59,096 bases of DNA, from the NCBI GenBank assembly GCA_913009315.1, contig CAJVZA010000002.1:1-59096 (forward strand). Reading direction: 5' to 3'. Origin of the DNA: an uncultured Hippea sp. Lineage in GTDB: Bacteria; Campylobacterota_A; Desulfurellia; JAADFJ01. The notes beneath the pieces were generated by a model. That model ran no database searches, had not been told where the DNA came from, and saw nothing but the letters and a program-made list of their open reading frames with translations. Both the position numbers and the translations under genes were made by a program. Positions 34,887-45,143 of the stretch are shown here, one piece after another (within the stretch, counting starts at the first letter, position 1; each line of letters opens with the position of its first letter).

Positions 34887-36117
34887 TGAGTTTCTATATG
34901 ATTCAGGAATTTCTATTGATAATGAAGCAAAAGGGATTGCCTCAGGGATTATCGAAAAAATAAAAGCAGGTGGAGATAGGGCACTTGCGGGGTATATAAA
35001 AAAATTTGATAATTATGATTTGTCAAAAGGACTCGCGATAACAGATTTTAAAATCGGCAACGACATATCGGAAGAGCTTAAAAATGCTTTAAACTATGCA
35101 GCCGACAGGATAAAAAGGTTCTCGCAGCTTCAGCTTCAAAAAAGTTGGTTTGACATTGATGAGCGAGGTACTGTTCTTGGCGAAAAAGTAACAGCTGTCA
35201 GCAAAGTCGGCATATATGTTCCGGGAGGAAAAGCGATTTATCCGTCAACGCTGCTTATGAACGCGATACCTGCCAGGACTGCGGGAGTAGAATCAATTGT
35301 TGTGGCGACCCCAACGAAAGACGGTTTTATAGATCCATCTATACTTTTTGCCGCATCAATTGCCGGGATTGATAAGATTTATCGTATGGGCGGAGCGCAT
35401 GCAATTGCGGCAATGGCATACGGCACAAAATCGGTTGATTCGGTTGATGTTATAACCGGGCCTGGAAATCGATTCGTTGCGGAAGCAAAACGATTGGTAG
35501 CCGGAAGCGTAAAGATTGATTCAGTGGCAGGTCCTTCCGAAGTACTGATCTATATCGATAATGATCGATACATAGAGGATGCTGCAGCTGACGTTATTGC
35601 TCAGGCCGAGCATGACAGCAGAGCGATAGCATCTGTTGTTGTAAACGATAAAAAATTGGCAGAGGCAATTAAACAAAAGATTGACGAAATGGCAGCGGTT
35701 GTCCAAAGAGCGGAAATAGTTGAAAATGCTCTTGCGGAAAGCAGAATTTATCTTTGCAGGAATGAATCCGATGTTATTGAACTTATCAATAAAGTTGCAC
35801 CCGAGCATCTTGAAATACTTTCCGACAACGGATGGAACATGGCGTACGGAATAAAAAATGCGGGGGCAATATTTATAGGCAGATATTCGCCCGCGGCAAT
35901 AGGCGATTATGTTGCAGGACCTAATCATACCTTACCAACGGGTGCTGCAAGCAGATTCAGCTCTCCGTTATCACCTGAAATTTTTCTTAAACGAAGCAGC
36001 ATAATTTCTTACAGCAGAGAAGGCTATCTTAAGGATGCTCCGATAGCCATTAAGATTGCAGAGCATGAAGGATTGTTTAATCATGCAAACAGCCTAAAGA
36101 TAAGACTGAGGGACTGA
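34864..36117 (+). CDS. hisD: histidinol dehydrogenase
   Basis: VGIYVPGGKAIYPSTLLM, VAGPSEVLI, AQAEHD and GDY.AGPNHTLPT. GTG start. Confidence 0.93.
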   Translation: MVQITTCDEFLYDSGISIDNEAKGIASGIIEKIKAGGDRALAGYIKKFDNYDLSKGLAITDFKIGNDISEELKNALNYAADRIKRFSQLQLQKSWFDIDERGTVLGEKVTAVSKVGIYVPGGKAIYPSTLLMNAIPARTAGVESIVVATPTKDGFIDPSILFAASIAGIDKIYRMGGAHAIAAMAYGTKSVDSVDVITGPGNRFVAEAKRLVAGSVKIDSVAGPSEVLIYIDNDRYIEDAAADVIAQAEHDSRAIASVVVNDKKLAEAIKQKIDEMAAVVQRAEIVENALAESRIYLCRNESDVIELINKVAPEHLEILSDNGWNMAYGIKNAGAIFIGRYSPAAIGDYVAGPNHTLPTGAASRFSSPLSPEIFLKRSSIISYSREGYLKDAPIAIKIAEHEGLFNHANSLKIRLRD

Positions 36118-36242
36118 AATTTGATAGATGGAATTGACGGAAACAAAAATGATTACAGAAACAGGATATATTTTTCTGCAATAAAGACTGCAGAATATCT
36201 TGATATATCAGCGGAGGCGCTTCATATTTTTGCCAAAAAAAT

Positions 36243-37742
36243 TTGCCGTATCTGCAATCAAAGCGGACAGGGGCTTTGACGTTGCCGCACAGAAGCAAGC
36301 TTTTTTTTGTAGGAACGGGTCCGGGTGCTATCGGTCTTGTGACAAAAAGGGCATTTTGGGCATTAAAAAAAGCCGATATAGTGATCTACGGCCGATTTAT
36401 AAACCCGAATCTGCTTTTTTATGCCAGCAAAAAGGCGCGATATATCTCTGCCTGCAATGATGAGGAAGCGATTTTTTCAGAATTATCAAAGTTAGACGGC
36501 AGCCGGAATACGGTATGGCTTACCATTGGAGATCCGATCTTTTTTTCCAAGCATAATAGAAGAATGGAAAAGTTTGCTAAACTTGCTAATCTTGAAATAG
36601 AGATTATTCCGGGAGTAACTTCTGCTTTAGCAGCGTCGACCTACAGCGGTATTCTTGTTTCTAAACCGGACTGTACCGATACTGTAACGATTTCCGTGGG
36701 CAAGAAAGTAGCAACCGGCAAGACAAATTGCCCCAAAAAATCCGATTCTCCTACAGTTATTTTTTTTCTTGCACTTGATTGTTTGAGAGAGCTTACCGAA
36801 GAACTGTTTAAAGCCGGATGGCACAAAAGCGATGCCTGCGCGATAATCGAAAACGGCACAACACAAAATCGTACTGTTTTCGGCGGATTGTCGGAAATTG
36901 CCGACATGGCGGACTCAAATGGAATATCGGAACCGGCTTTGTTTGTATGCGGGCAAGAGGCAAGTTCTAAAAACCGTTTCGGCTGGTTTGAAAAAAAGCC
37001 GCTTTTTTCAAAAAAGATTGTTGTTACCAGACCGATGCCCGAAGGACTGGACACAGTGGATAAACTGGAGGAATTGGGAGCAGATGTCCTGTATCTGCCT
37101 GTTGTAAATATCGTCCGGCTGCCTTGTGATATCGATTCGACAGATTATGATCTGGTTATCTTTACGAGTGCAAAAAGCGTGAGCTGCTTTTTTGATAATA
37201 TAAAGCAATCCGGTATCCATGCCGGTCGGATCGGGAGCATTGCATGTGTGGGAAAAAAAACTGCTGCGGCTCTTAGCGATTACCATCTGAAAGCAGACAT
37301 CATACCTGATGATTTTAGCGCGAAAGCCCTGACAGATAAACTAATTATCGAAGAAATCGAAGGTAAAAGAATTTTAATACCGGGTTCTGAAATGATGAAT
37401 CCGGCAATGTCATTGCGATTGAGAGAAGCCGGTGCATCTGTTAAACTGCTTTATCTATATAGACCTGAAAAAAATCCAATTCAATGGAGCAGTTTGATAG
37501 AAAAGAAGATTGAAAACTGGGGAAATATCGATTATCTGATGCTGACAAGCGGATTCATAGCGAAGGCGGCGGCAGATTTCTTTGAGAATAAACGGTTTTT
37601 AGTGGAAAAAAGCTCAAAGACGGTTGCAATAAGTAAAAATGTCGGCAGAATTTCAAAGAGGTTAGGGTTTAAAAATATAATAGTCTCGGATGAGGCAGCA
37701 GAGGAGAGTATGATTAAAAAGATACTGGATGATATAAGATGA
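36243..37742 (+). CDS. fused uroporphyrinogen-III C-methyltransferase / uroporphyrinogen-III synthase
   Basis: The N-terminal half has LFFVGTGPGAIGLVTKRAFWALKKADIVIY and IIPGVTSALAA (CobA/SUMT). The C-terminal half (from about aa 255, KKIVVTRP) is HemD-like. The start is uncertain (TTG candidates). Confidence 0.8.
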   Translation: MPYLQSKRTGALTLPHRSKLFFVGTGPGAIGLVTKRAFWALKKADIVIYGRFINPNLLFYASKKARYISACNDEEAIFSELSKLDGSRNTVWLTIGDPIFFSKHNRRMEKFAKLANLEIEIIPGVTSALAASTYSGILVSKPDCTDTVTISVGKKVATGKTNCPKKSDSPTVIFFLALDCLRELTEELFKAGWHKSDACAIIENGTTQNRTVFGGLSEIADMADSNGISEPALFVCGQEASSKNRFGWFEKKPLFSKKIVVTRPMPEGLDTVDKLEELGADVLYLPVVNIVRLPCDIDSTDYDLVIFTSAKSVSCFFDNIKQSGIHAGRIGSIACVGKKTAAALSDYHLKADIIPDDFSAKALTDKLIIEEIEGKRILIPGSEMMNPAMSLRLREAGASVKLLYLYRPEKNPIQWSSLIEKKIENWGNIDYLMLTSGFIAKAAADFFENKRFLVEKSSKTVAISKNVGRISKRLGFKNIIVSDEAAEESMIKKILDDIR

Positions 37743-38548
37743 ATGCTAAAACGGAAAGATTAGAAAGAGTTGCTAAAGAATTAAGAAGAGATGTGATAGA
37801 AATGATATATGCTGCCAATTCCGGTCATCCGGGAGGCTCGTTATCTGCAGCTGATATTGTAGCGGCCCTTTTCTTTGATGTAATGAAATATGATGCAGAG
37901 AATCCTCATCTGCCTGAACGTGACCGTTTCGTATTGTCTAAAGGGCATGCCGCACCGATTTTGTATGCAGCTCTTGCGCGGAGAGGATATTTTGACCGTA
38001 AACTTCTCAACAGATTAAGAAGGTTCGGGAGTCCGCTTCAGGGGCACCCTGACAGTAGAAAGCTTGCCGGAGTTGATGCATCTACCGGATCGCTCGGACA
38101 TGGAATAGGAAACGCTGTGGGCATGGCTCTGTCACTTATGCTTGACGGCAGCAGAGCAAGGGTATTTTGTCTTCTCGGAGATGGTGAGATACAGGAGGGA
38201 AGCGTTTGGGAGAGCATGATGGCGGCATCTCATTTCAGGCTTGACAACCTTGTGATAATCATTGATAACAACGATCTTCAGATTGACGGCCCGGTCAGAG
38301 AGGTTATGAATGTGCACCCCATTGCCGCAAAATTAAAAAGTTTCGGATTAGAAACTGTCAGTATAGATGGGCACAATTTAGATCAGATTTTAGATGCGTT
38401 AAATACGTATCCCTGCGATAAACCGCTCGGGATTGTTGCGCATACCGTAAAGGGAAAAGGTGTTTCGTTTATGGAAAATAATGTCGGCTTTCATGGAAAG
38501 GCACCTAATGACGCTGAATATAAACAGGCTATGAAGGAGCTGTTATAA
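37739..38548 (+). CDS. transketolase, N-terminal (TPP-binding) subunit
   Basis: SGHPGGSLSAADIVAALFF, RDRFVLSKGH and LLGDGEIQEGSVWE. Confidence 0.9.
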   Translation: MNAKTERLERVAKELRRDVIEMIYAANSGHPGGSLSAADIVAALFFDVMKYDAENPHLPERDRFVLSKGHAAPILYAALARRGYFDRKLLNRLRRFGSPLQGHPDSRKLAGVDASTGSLGHGIGNAVGMALSLMLDGSRARVFCLLGDGEIQEGSVWESMMAASHFRLDNLVIIIDNNDLQIDGPVREVMNVHPIAAKLKSFGLETVSIDGHNLDQILDALNTYPCDKPLGIVAHTVKGKGVSFMENNVGFHGKAPNDAEYKQAMKELL

Positions 38549-39468
38549 TGAGAGCTACAAGAGACGGATACGGCGAGGGGCTTGTTGAGATAGGAAAAAT
38601 CAATAAGGATGTGGTAGTTATGGATGCCGACCTTGGTTCATCTACCAGATCGTTTATGTTTAAGAAAGAGTTTCCGGAACGATTTTTTGATTTTGGAATA
38701 GCCGAAGGCGCCATGGTTGATGCGGCAAGCGGCCTGTCTTATACCGGTAAACTTCCGTATGTATCGAGCTTTGCCGTATTCATAACAGGGAGAGCATTTG
38801 AGCATATAAGACAATCTGTCTGTTACCCCGACAACAAGGTATTTCTATGCGGTTCTCATTCGGGAATTAGTGTCGGTGAGGATGGAGGCTCTCATCAATC
38901 AATTGTGGATATTGCACTTATGAGGGCATTGCCCAATATGCGGGTTGTTGTTCCGGCTGATTTTAACGAAACAAGGGCAGCCGTCATTGCATCGCTTAAT
39001 TGGGACGGTCCAACCTATCTCAGGACATCGAGGGCAAAATCGAAGAATATCTTTCCCGATAATGCCGGTTTTGATTTCGGAGCAAAGCTGCTTAAAAGCG
39101 GAAGCGATGTTACACTGCTGTCATGCGGTTTGATGACTCAGATTGCGATTGATGCAGCAGATAAACTGGGAAAAAACGGTATTGATTGTGAAGTTATTAA
39201 TCTGTCTGTAATAAAACCGCTCGATGAATCAATATTGGATAGTATTTCGAAAACAGGCAAAGTTGTAACCCTCGAAGAGCATTCTGTTATCGGAGGTCTT
39301 GGGGGAGCGGTAAGTGAATTGACGGCAGAAAAACTTCCGGTCAGAATGCTCAGAATAGGTATAAACGATAGATTCGGACAATCGGGATCCGCCGATGAAC
39401 TGTTTAAACATTATGGACTTGATATCGAATCCGTAATAAACAAGATAGACGAATTTATGAGAAGATAG
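38548..39468 (+). CDS. transketolase, C-terminal (pyrimidine-binding) subunit
   Basis: FPERFFDFGIAEGAMV, GISVGEDGGSHQ, and a C-terminal domain. Confidence 0.9.
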   Translation: MRATRDGYGEGLVEIGKINKDVVVMDADLGSSTRSFMFKKEFPERFFDFGIAEGAMVDAASGLSYTGKLPYVSSFAVFITGRAFEHIRQSVCYPDNKVFLCGSHSGISVGEDGGSHQSIVDIALMRALPNMRVVVPADFNETRAAVIASLNWDGPTYLRTSRAKSKNIFPDNAGFDFGAKLLKSGSDVTLLSCGLMTQIAIDAADKLGKNGIDCEVINLSVIKPLDESILDSISKTGKVVTLEEHSVIGGLGGAVSELTAEKLPVRMLRIGINDRFGQSGSADELFKHYGLDIESVINKIDEFMRR

Positions 39469-39490
39469 CTATGAACTACACAGACTGCAG

Positions 39491-40105
39491 ATGTTGAGAT
39501 TTTCATCAGTAAGCTATAGAGCGGGTAATGAGACTATTTTAGACAACCTTTCTTTTCACTTGCCTCGGGGTTCAGTCTGTTTTGCAACAGGAACCGGGTC
39601 ATCAGGAAAAACCACTCTGATAAGACTGGCTTCCTGTCAGATTCATCCAAGTTCAGGTCTTATATATACAGCCGGGCTGCCTCTTTTCAGATACAATGGT
39701 CCGTCTTATGGCTTAAGAAGGAAAATATCTGTTGCATCTCCTGAAAGTATTCTGTTTGAGCAATTTACAGTTTTAGAAAATTTACGTCTTCAGCTGTCTC
39801 TATCTGTGGCAAATAAAGAGACTATTAATGCTATCATTGAACTTTTTGAGCTGAAACCAATCTTGAACAGACAAATAGCGTTTCTCTCGGCATATCAGAA
39901 AGGCAGGGTGATAATAGCATCTTCTCTTATGAAAAAACCCTCTATAATTTTTATAGATGATGTATCATATTTTTTTAATTACAAAAACCTGCAGAAATTA
40001 TATCATAAAATTGCTTATCTGTCAGGTCAGGGACTAACGGCATTATTCACTGCAGACAAACTTCCGGAGTTCGCATCCGAATCAATAGAGGTTCATATCA
40101 GGTGA
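39491..40105 (+). CDS. ftsE: FtsE-like ABC ATPase with degenerate catalytic motifs
   Basis: Walker A GTGSSGKTT is present. The signature is LSAYQ (not LSGGQ), Walker B is IIFIDDVS (no catalytic Glu), and the H-loop position reads FTAD. An FtsX-like permease gene follows. Confidence 0.7.
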   Translation: MLRFSSVSYRAGNETILDNLSFHLPRGSVCFATGTGSSGKTTLIRLASCQIHPSSGLIYTAGLPLFRYNGPSYGLRRKISVASPESILFEQFTVLENLRLQLSLSVANKETINAIIELFELKPILNRQIAFLSAYQKGRVIIASSLMKKPSIIFIDDVSYFFNYKNLQKLYHKIAYLSGQGLTALFTADKLPEFASESIEVHIR

Positions 40106-40905
40106 ACGGTCTGATATCCGTCTTAAGAAGACTTAGCAAAACCACATGGGTTGTCGGAATTTTGCTTATTATGTTTATTACTGTTGTCGAAACCTTGTTT
40201 TTTGCCTATGCATATAATTTGAATCGGCATTATACAGAGCAGGTCAAAAATATTAAACTGACTATATTTGTTCAACAGCCGAATGATCTTGGTAAAATTG
40301 CAAATCTTGTCAAAAGTAAATTGGGCGGAAAACAAAAAATAATTAAACCGAACGATGCGATAAAACTGCTGCCTATGCAGATGCAGAAAACAGTTGATAA
40401 GGGATATCTCGCTTTGGTTCCGTATATAATAGTAGCAAGCAACAGTCAGAGCGATTTTACGTTGGAACGTATTGTTAAATTGAAAAGCCTGCTGACAAAT
40501 TATAATGCAACAATGGGTTTTAACCGGCAGAAGATAAAGACGGCTTTTAAAAATCTAATCGATTTTCGCCTTATTTTATTAGGTGCGATAGTCCTGTTTG
40601 TGGCAGGTAATCTTTTGTTCGGTTATATAATCAGGAGAATATTCATACATGAATCGCGGAAATTTTCGATTTTTCTCTGGAATTTGGGGATACAGAAGCG
40701 ATTTGTTAATCTGATTGGATTGCTGTTTTTTGGTCAGATAGCGGTAGCGGCGAGCGTGTTGGGTCAAATTATTGCATTTTTACTGCTTTTTGTCTTATCT
40801 GCTGTGAACAGTATAGATATACAGCTGTTTGCGGCCGGTATTATCGGAATTTTTGTCATTAATATAATAGTGCTGACTGCGGCATCGTGGGGAAGCTTGA
40901 AATGA
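40102..40905 (+). CDS. ftsX: FtsX-like permease
   Basis: 267 aa with one N-terminal TM segment, an extracytoplasmic loop and three C-terminal TM segments. The position between ftsE-like and envC-like genes supports the call. Confidence 0.6.
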   Translation: MNGLISVLRRLSKTTWVVGILLIMFITVVETLFFAYAYNLNRHYTEQVKNIKLTIFVQQPNDLGKIANLVKSKLGGKQKIIKPNDAIKLLPMQMQKTVDKGYLALVPYIIVASNSQSDFTLERIVKLKSLLTNYNATMGFNRQKIKTAFKNLIDFRLILLGAIVLFVAGNLLFGYIIRRIFIHESRKFSIFLWNLGIQKRFVNLIGLLFFGQIAVAASVLGQIIAFLLLFVLSAVNSIDIQLFAAGIIGIFVINIIVLTAASWGSLK

Positions 40906-42011
40906 TACTTTCACTGCTGCTTCTCGCCGCAGCAAGTTTACCTGCAAATACGACTCAGCTGAAGACGATAAAAAAGGATATATCTGCAACAGAACAGCAG
41001 ATAAAGTACAAAAGCAGGAAAATCGCCCGGCTAAAACATGACTTAAAATATTTAAATAGAAAAATTATGCTGTCGAAACAGAAGGTAAAAAGGGGAGCAA
41101 AAGATTCGAAAAATCTTGATTCGACGATAAGCAGGATAACTTCCGATAAAACCCTTATTAAAAAGTTGAAGCAAAAAGCCGATAGTCAAACAAAAAAGAG
41201 CATACAAAGAATATATGAGCATTTTATAGACGGAAAATCATCGTCGGAGGATCTCATCATTGAAAATCTCACAGCTCTCTATTTCTTATACAAAAGCAGC
41301 ATTGTAAAAAAGCTGGAACAGGCGGAAAAGGGGAAGGAAAATTATCTTATTCGTCTTAAAAGGCGCAAAAGATCCGTTGAGACAATAAAACTAAAAATAG
41401 AAAAAGAGATGCGCAAAGAGCGCCGATTGGCTGAGAAAAGAAAAAGACTTGCTCTGACAGAAATGTACAATAAAAATCGACTTCTAATAAAAAGGAAGGC
41501 TTTGATAAGAAAGAAAAACTATCTGGAAAGAATTTTAAAACAGCTTGTCAGAAAAAGACGTCCCGTAAAGACCGAAAAAATGAGAAGGATACCCGGTATC
41601 AGAATAAGCAGGAAGAATCCGTTTCTGAAATATAAAGGAAGGCTTGCTCTTCCCGTTAAAGGTAGAATTGAAAAAAGATTTGGAATTTACAAAGACAGAG
41701 ACTATAATGTTTATATTAGACATACCGGTATTGAAATTGCCGCAAAGGCAAACTCGTATATCAGGGCTTCGGCAAAAGGGAAAGTAGTTTATGCCGGTTA
41801 TGTGTTAGGATACGGGAAAACGGTTATAATACGGCACAGGGGTGATTTTTTCACCATATACGGCAGACTGAACAAGATAAAAACTAAAAAAGGAAAAATA
41901 GTAGGAACAAAAAATATTATCGGAACTGCTGGAGTTAAACCAATCTATTTTGGTATAAGATATAAAGACAAGGCGGTTAACCCCAGTATTTGGATAAGGA
42001 GGCGGCATTAA
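40902..42011 (+). CDS. EnvC-like coiled-coil M23 peptidase domain protein (murein hydrolase activator type)
   Basis: A signal peptide, a long Lys/Arg-rich coiled coil, and a C-terminal M23/LytM fold (GIEIAAKANSYIRASAKGKVVYAGYVLGYGKTVIIRH). The ATGA start overlaps the ftsX stop. Confidence 0.7.
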   Translation: MILSLLLLAAASLPANTTQLKTIKKDISATEQQIKYKSRKIARLKHDLKYLNRKIMLSKQKVKRGAKDSKNLDSTISRITSDKTLIKKLKQKADSQTKKSIQRIYEHFIDGKSSSEDLIIENLTALYFLYKSSIVKKLEQAEKGKENYLIRLKRRKRSVETIKLKIEKEMRKERRLAEKRKRLALTEMYNKNRLLIKRKALIRKKNYLERILKQLVRKRRPVKTEKMRRIPGIRISRKNPFLKYKGRLALPVKGRIEKRFGIYKDRDYNVYIRHTGIEIAAKANSYIRASAKGKVVYAGYVLGYGKTVIIRHRGDFFTIYGRLNKIKTKKGKIVGTKNIIGTAGVKPIYFGIRYKDKAVNPSIWIRRRH

Positions 42012-43295
42012 ATGAAAAGAAAGGTTATTGTAGCGGTTTTGTTGATTGCGTTCGTGATAACGGCGGGAACATCCTTGCTGAGGGCGGGCGGTTCCGATCA
42101 ATATTATGGAGGGCTCAGAACGTTTACGAATGTTCTGTCGATAATAAAGGCGAATTATGTTGAAAAGGTTGATCCTCAAAAACTAATTACAGGTGCTATC
42201 AGAGGAATGGTGGGCACGCTTGATCCTCACAGCGCTTATTTTACTCCCAAAGAGTATAAGGAATTCCAAACCATTACAACAGGAGAATTTGGAGGTTTGG
42301 GAATGACCGTAACATTGAAAGATGGTATTTTAACGGTTGTCTCGCCGATAGAGGGTACTCCTGCAGCGAGAGCAGGCATAAAAGCTAACGATAAAATAAT
42401 CAAAATAGACGGGAAAAATACTCCCGGAATGAGTCTCAATAAAGCCGTGTCTCTTCTGAGGGGAAAACCCGGAACAAAGGTAACCATTTCGATTTTGAGA
42501 AAAGGAAAACATAAACCTATTGTAGTCACAATAACAAGAGAGATAATTCATGTAAAAAGTGTCAAACATAAAATGCTGAAAGATAAAATAGGATATATAA
42601 AAATTTTACAATTTCAGGAAAATACCGGTAGAAATGTAAAAAGAGCTATTAAGGCACTCAGAAAAAAGGGAGCCATTGATCTTATACTGGATTTAAGAAA
42701 TAATCCAGGAGGATTACTGAGTCAAGCCGTGAGTGTTTCGGACGCATTTTTGACAAAAGGAACAATTGTAAGCATAAGAGGGAGAAAAAAAGTCGATACA
42801 ACCAGATTTACAGCTCACGATGACGGAAACGAACCGACGGGAAATATGATTGTGCTTATAAACGGAGGTTCGGCAAGTGCGGCCGAAATTGTTACCGGAG
42901 CGCTGAAGGATAATAAACGGGCAATTATAATGGGTCAAAAAAGCTTTGGGAAAGGTTCCGTTCAAACATTGATTCCTCTCGATAACGGCGGGGCATTAAA
43001 ACTGACAACAGCTAAATACTATACTCCAAACGGAAAATCAATTCAGGCTGTAGGCATAACACCGGATATTAGCGTTCCTGAAAAACTTATTCTGGCGAAA
43101 AAAAATAATGCATTGACTCGTATCAGAGAAGTTGATCTTCCTCATCATTTTGCGGCAAGCCAGAAGATTAATAACAGCAAAACTTTGAAGCAGAAAAAGA
43201 AATTGATGACAGACTACCAGCTTGAGAGGGCTGTGGACCTGTTGATAGGATTAAGAATTGCAAAAGGGATAGATGCAAAAAAAAAGGCAAAGTAA
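42012..43295 (+). CDS. ctpA: carboxy-terminal processing protease (S41)
   Basis: A PDZ domain (GIKANDKIIKIDG), LDLRNNPGGLL, the catalytic GGSASAAEI, and SFGKGSVQ. Confidence 0.9.
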   Translation: MKRKVIVAVLLIAFVITAGTSLLRAGGSDQYYGGLRTFTNVLSIIKANYVEKVDPQKLITGAIRGMVGTLDPHSAYFTPKEYKEFQTITTGEFGGLGMTVTLKDGILTVVSPIEGTPAARAGIKANDKIIKIDGKNTPGMSLNKAVSLLRGKPGTKVTISILRKGKHKPIVVTITREIIHVKSVKHKMLKDKIGYIKILQFQENTGRNVKRAIKALRKKGAIDLILDLRNNPGGLLSQAVSVSDAFLTKGTIVSIRGRKKVDTTRFTAHDDGNEPTGNMIVLINGGSASAAEIVTGALKDNKRAIIMGQKSFGKGSVQTLIPLDNGGALKLTTAKYYTPNGKSIQAVGITPDISVPEKLILAKKNNALTRIREVDLPHHFAASQKINNSKTLKQKKKLMTDYQLERAVDLLIGLRIAKGIDAKKKAK

Positions 43296-44166
43296 AAAAA
43301 GGCTGATAACGGCAGGACTGATAGTAGTCTTTGCCATAGCTTTGATAGCTGCTGCACTTTTATTCCTGACGCGGCCTGAACGTACAGGGAAAGTAAATGT
43401 CGAAACTAAGGCGGGCAAATCGACTGTTGTGATAAGTCCGCCTGAAATCGTAAAACCGACTGAAATCGCAAAACAAGGCAATGCTCATGTCAATCTGCCT
43501 AAACTTGCTATAGTTATTGATGATGTAGGTTATGATAACAAAATCTTGAAATCGTTCATATCGCTTGATTTGCCTCTTACATACGCCGTACTTCCGAATG
43601 CAACCCGTTACAGGCAGAGTGTGAATATTTTGGAGAAGGCAAATCTTGACTATCTTATCCATATGCCTATGCAGCCCGATGACTATCCGGGAATAAATCC
43701 GGGGAAAAATGCATTGCTGATTAATATGAGCAATAATAAAATTAAACAGCTGACCGAGGAAGCAATCAAGAAGCTTCCGGATGCGATTGGAGTCAACAAT
43801 CATATGGGTTCTGCCTTCGTTCAGAACAAAAAGAAAATGGAAGCTTTTCTCTCGGTTTTGAAGGAGCACAATCTATTTTTTCTGGATAGTGAAACTACAT
43901 CAAAAACTATAGGATGGCGGCTCGCGGAAACGGATGGAATCAGGTTTGCAAGGCGAAATATTTTTCTTGATAATATCAAAAATATTAAATATATAGAAAA
44001 ACAGTTGTTCAAAGCTGCCGATTATGCAAAACTTCATAAAGTAGCGATTGCTATAGGTCACGATCGACCCTTAACTGAATTGGCTCTTGCACAAACCAAA
44101 GACGCTCTTTCCAAAATGGTTGATTTAGTTGAAGTTAAAACAGTTATCGATAATCAAATTAAATGA
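43273..44166 (+). CDS. divergent polysaccharide deacetylase family protein (YibQ-like)
   Basis: LAIVIDDVGY...LPLTYAVLP......HMPMQP...NNHMGS..T matches PF04748-type proteins. One N-terminal TM segment. Confidence 0.75.
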   Translation: MQKKRQSKKRLITAGLIVVFAIALIAAALLFLTRPERTGKVNVETKAGKSTVVISPPEIVKPTEIAKQGNAHVNLPKLAIVIDDVGYDNKILKSFISLDLPLTYAVLPNATRYRQSVNILEKANLDYLIHMPMQPDDYPGINPGKNALLINMSNNKIKQLTEEAIKKLPDAIGVNNHMGSAFVQNKKKMEAFLSVLKEHNLFFLDSETTSKTIGWRLAETDGIRFARRNIFLDNIKNIKYIEKQLFKAADYAKLHKVAIAIGHDRPLTELALAQTKDALSKMVDLVEVKTVIDNQIK

Positions 44167-45143
44167 ATATTCTTGCCATTGACACATCATGTGATGATAC
44201 CTCTGCTGCTGTAATCACAAAAGATGGGGTTGCATCAAATATAATCAATTCTCAGGACTCAATACATAACAAGTATGGAGGAATTGTGCCGGAAATAGCG
44301 GCAAGAGTGCATTTTTCAAATATTGCAGGTACTGTTAAGAAGGCGGTATCGGATGCCGAGACTTCATTCGATGCTATCGACAAAATAGCGGTCACAATGG
44401 GCCCCGGACTATTAGGGTCTCTTTTGGTGGGTCTTTCTTATGCAAAAGGATTGGCGTACCGTTTTGATAAAAAGTTTATAGGAGTTAATCATTTGGAAGG
44501 TCATCTTTATTCACCCTTTATTGGAAAAACTGTAAGATATCCATTTGTAGGGCTTGTCGTATCCGGAGGACACACATCTGTCTACAAGGTTGCAGATGAC
44601 AAAACGATAGAGCTTTTGGGAAGGACGCGTGATGATGCCGCAGGAGAATGTCTTGATAAAACTGCCAGACTTTGGAATTTGGGATATCCGGGAGGCAAAG
44701 CGATTGACCGGATGGCTGAATATGGTGATTCCTGCAGATTTAGTTTTCCGAGAACGGCTTTGGCTGACGGAAGTTTCAGTTTCAGCGGTCTCAAGAGTGC
44801 TGCGATACGGTTCAGCAAAGCGAATCGAAATATGATAAAAGATGCTATGCCTGATATTGCAGCATCATTTTTGGAAGCTGTAGTTGACACGTTGATCACA
44901 GGATCGGTTAATGCCTGCAGGACACAGAAAATCAGCTTGCTCGCAGTTTCCGGAGGCGTATCGGCAAACAAAAGGTTAAGAATAAGGCTTTCCGAATCCT
45001 GCAGAGAAAACGGTATAGAGCTTGTGCTGCCGGACAACCGGTTTACAACAGACAATGCTGCGATGATCGGCTTTGTGGCTTCCATGAAAGGTTATGACAA
45101 AAATTATACAAAACTCAATGCTTCGGCAATTTCCGCAATATGA
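44163..45143 (+). CDS. tsaD: tRNA N6-adenosine threonylcarbamoyltransferase
   Basis: ILAIDTSCDDTSAAV, GVNHLEGHLY, VSGGHT and VSGGVSAN. Confidence 0.93.
   Translation: MNILAIDTSCDDTSAAVITKDGVASNIINSQDSIHNKYGGIVPEIAARVHFSNIAGTVKKAVSDAETSFDAIDKIAVTMGPGLLGSLLVGLSYAKGLAYRFDKKFIGVNHLEGHLYSPFIGKTVRYPFVGLVVSGGHTSVYKVADDKTIELLGRTRDDAAGECLDKTARLWNLGYPGGKAIDRMAEYGDSCRFSFPRTALADGSFSFSGLKSAAIRFSKANRNMIKDAMPDIAASFLEAVVDTLITGSVNACRTQKISLLAVSGGVSANKRLRIRLSESCRENGIELVLPDNRFTTDNAAMIGFVASMKGYDKNYTKLNASAISAI

Noticed and set aside
36150-36185. 11-codon mini-ORF (MITETGYIFLQ) in the hisD-cobA gap
   Set aside because: It has no SD, no amino-acid bias suggesting an attenuation leader, and no following terminator hairpin. 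It is most likely chance.
36200-36460. 86-aa ORF overlapping the 5' end of the cobA-hemD fusion
   Set aside because: It is in a different frame of a region where the other frame carries the SUMT GxGPG motif, and it has no features of its own.
43360-45085. Long antisense ORFs (169 aa at 43360-43869, 167 aa at 44582-45085; also 150 aa at 24686-25138 and 148 aa at 50416-50862)
   Set aside because: Each lies fully inside and antisense to a gene with strong family motifs (yibQ-like, tsaD, ftsH, pilB). Their translations are low-complexity, as is typical of shadow ORFs.
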